Assembly: GCA_903813345.2 (NCBI GenBank)
Contig: CAIIXF020000001.1
Coordinates: 23,188,001 to 23,252,000, forward strand
Reading direction: 5' to 3'
DNA from: Owenia fusiformis
Lineage: Eukaryota
DNA length: 64,000 bases
A program made the translations under genes and the position numbers. The notes beneath the pieces are model-generated. The model did no database searches, had not been told where the DNA came from, and saw nothing but the letters and a program-made list of their open reading frames with translations. This document shows positions 62,916 to 64,000 of this stretch, one piece after another (within the stretch, counting starts at the first letter, position 1; the number at the start of each line of letters is the position of its first letter).

Positions 62916-64000
62916 TAATGGTTTTGTTTTAAGGTTATTTATGAAGTAATTGTCTTTCAAAAAATTGAATTTACAGAACACTATGACCCAAAAATTCTTA
63001 AAACATATTATTTTTCCATTTCAATAAAGACTGGCACCAAATTAAAATATAGATTACTCTGTCCAGCTGTTCTGCTTTTAAATGCCAAATATTGCAAGAT
63101 ACATGTTGATTTATTGCACTTTTTACTTCCAAAATAGCCGAGTGAACTCAACATGTTAAGTAATATTCAGAATAATGTGAAAACTAAATGTGTGACAAAA
63201 GACTTTTACAATGGAGCTAACAGTGAGCTCAAAGTTATAATTTCAGAGACTTTCTATAAGGTCAATTTTACATGTACTAATAGTCATATTAGAAACCAAT
63301 AAAACACTCAGCACTCTTTTAACAGAAATATCCCACAATACAAACATCATTAATATACATATACCAGATTTTCTCGTAATGATACCTTTTCCTTATTTTG
63401 AAATACCTCCAAAATAATGCCCATGGGCATTATTATGAAGAAAAACAGACTGGAAATAAGCCCTCATTTCATCTAACCATCCAGGATGTCATAACAAGAA
63501 AACCCAGCACAATATCCATATACGTACATGTATTGTACTATTGTTACTCTCCACTTGAAAATACTATAAACATCTTGTACACTGTTGGATAAAACTGTAT
63601 ATAACTATACCTAAATCTATGAGACTTTCAGTCAGAATAAATACATGTATGAACTATGAAACATTTACAATAAAACATTATATGTACAGAATATGATTTG
63701 GTGATTATACAAAAAAGTTCAACATTTTTTAGTTTTAATACACATCAACAGTAGTAAAGAACACACAATTACATATTTTTAATAAGAAACTGAGTTTACC
63801 TTATGAATGTTATCTAATTATCAAATCTGTCGTAGCATTCCATATTTAATAATTTTCAGATTTTGTTGAACAGAAATGACTGTGAAACTTTGCCACAAAT
63901 AACAAGTTTGAAAAATCTTATTTGTTTGGGGCCTATCTTTCTCAAATATATCTAAAATCACAAAAATTCTGAATTTATCTTGAATCATGACAACTTTTGA

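Overview
AT-rich animal genomic DNA with spliceosomal introns. The repeat types and TACATGTA richness suggest a marine invertebrate, probably a lophotrochozoan; this is an inference. There are no prokaryotic features, CRISPR arrays or intact transposase ORFs. Genes assembled by hand from splice sites and phases: (1) TMEM53 on the minus strand, 2 coding exons, whose best ATG is out of frame with the conserved ORF; (2) a divergent 14-exon, 831-aa SIX6OS1/C14orf39-like synaptonemal-complex gene on the plus strand (49769-61593), with a U12-type intron and a tandem array of duplicated splice acceptors; (3) an antisense gene nested in intron 7 of that gene, encoding an unrecognised 200-aa type-I membrane protein (signal peptide, 6-Cys ectodomain, TM, NPxY/TQT/EEV tail); (4) scattered small minus-strand exons over about 0.8-30 kb of an unidentified long-intron gene. 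The rest is rich in non-autonomous DNA transposons (Kolobok-, Harbinger-, hAT-, Tc1/mariner-, Transib-like and Helentron/HINE) and minisatellites, several of which grew inside HINEs or at splice sites. Family assignments rest on recalled motifs and terminal signatures, not database searches.
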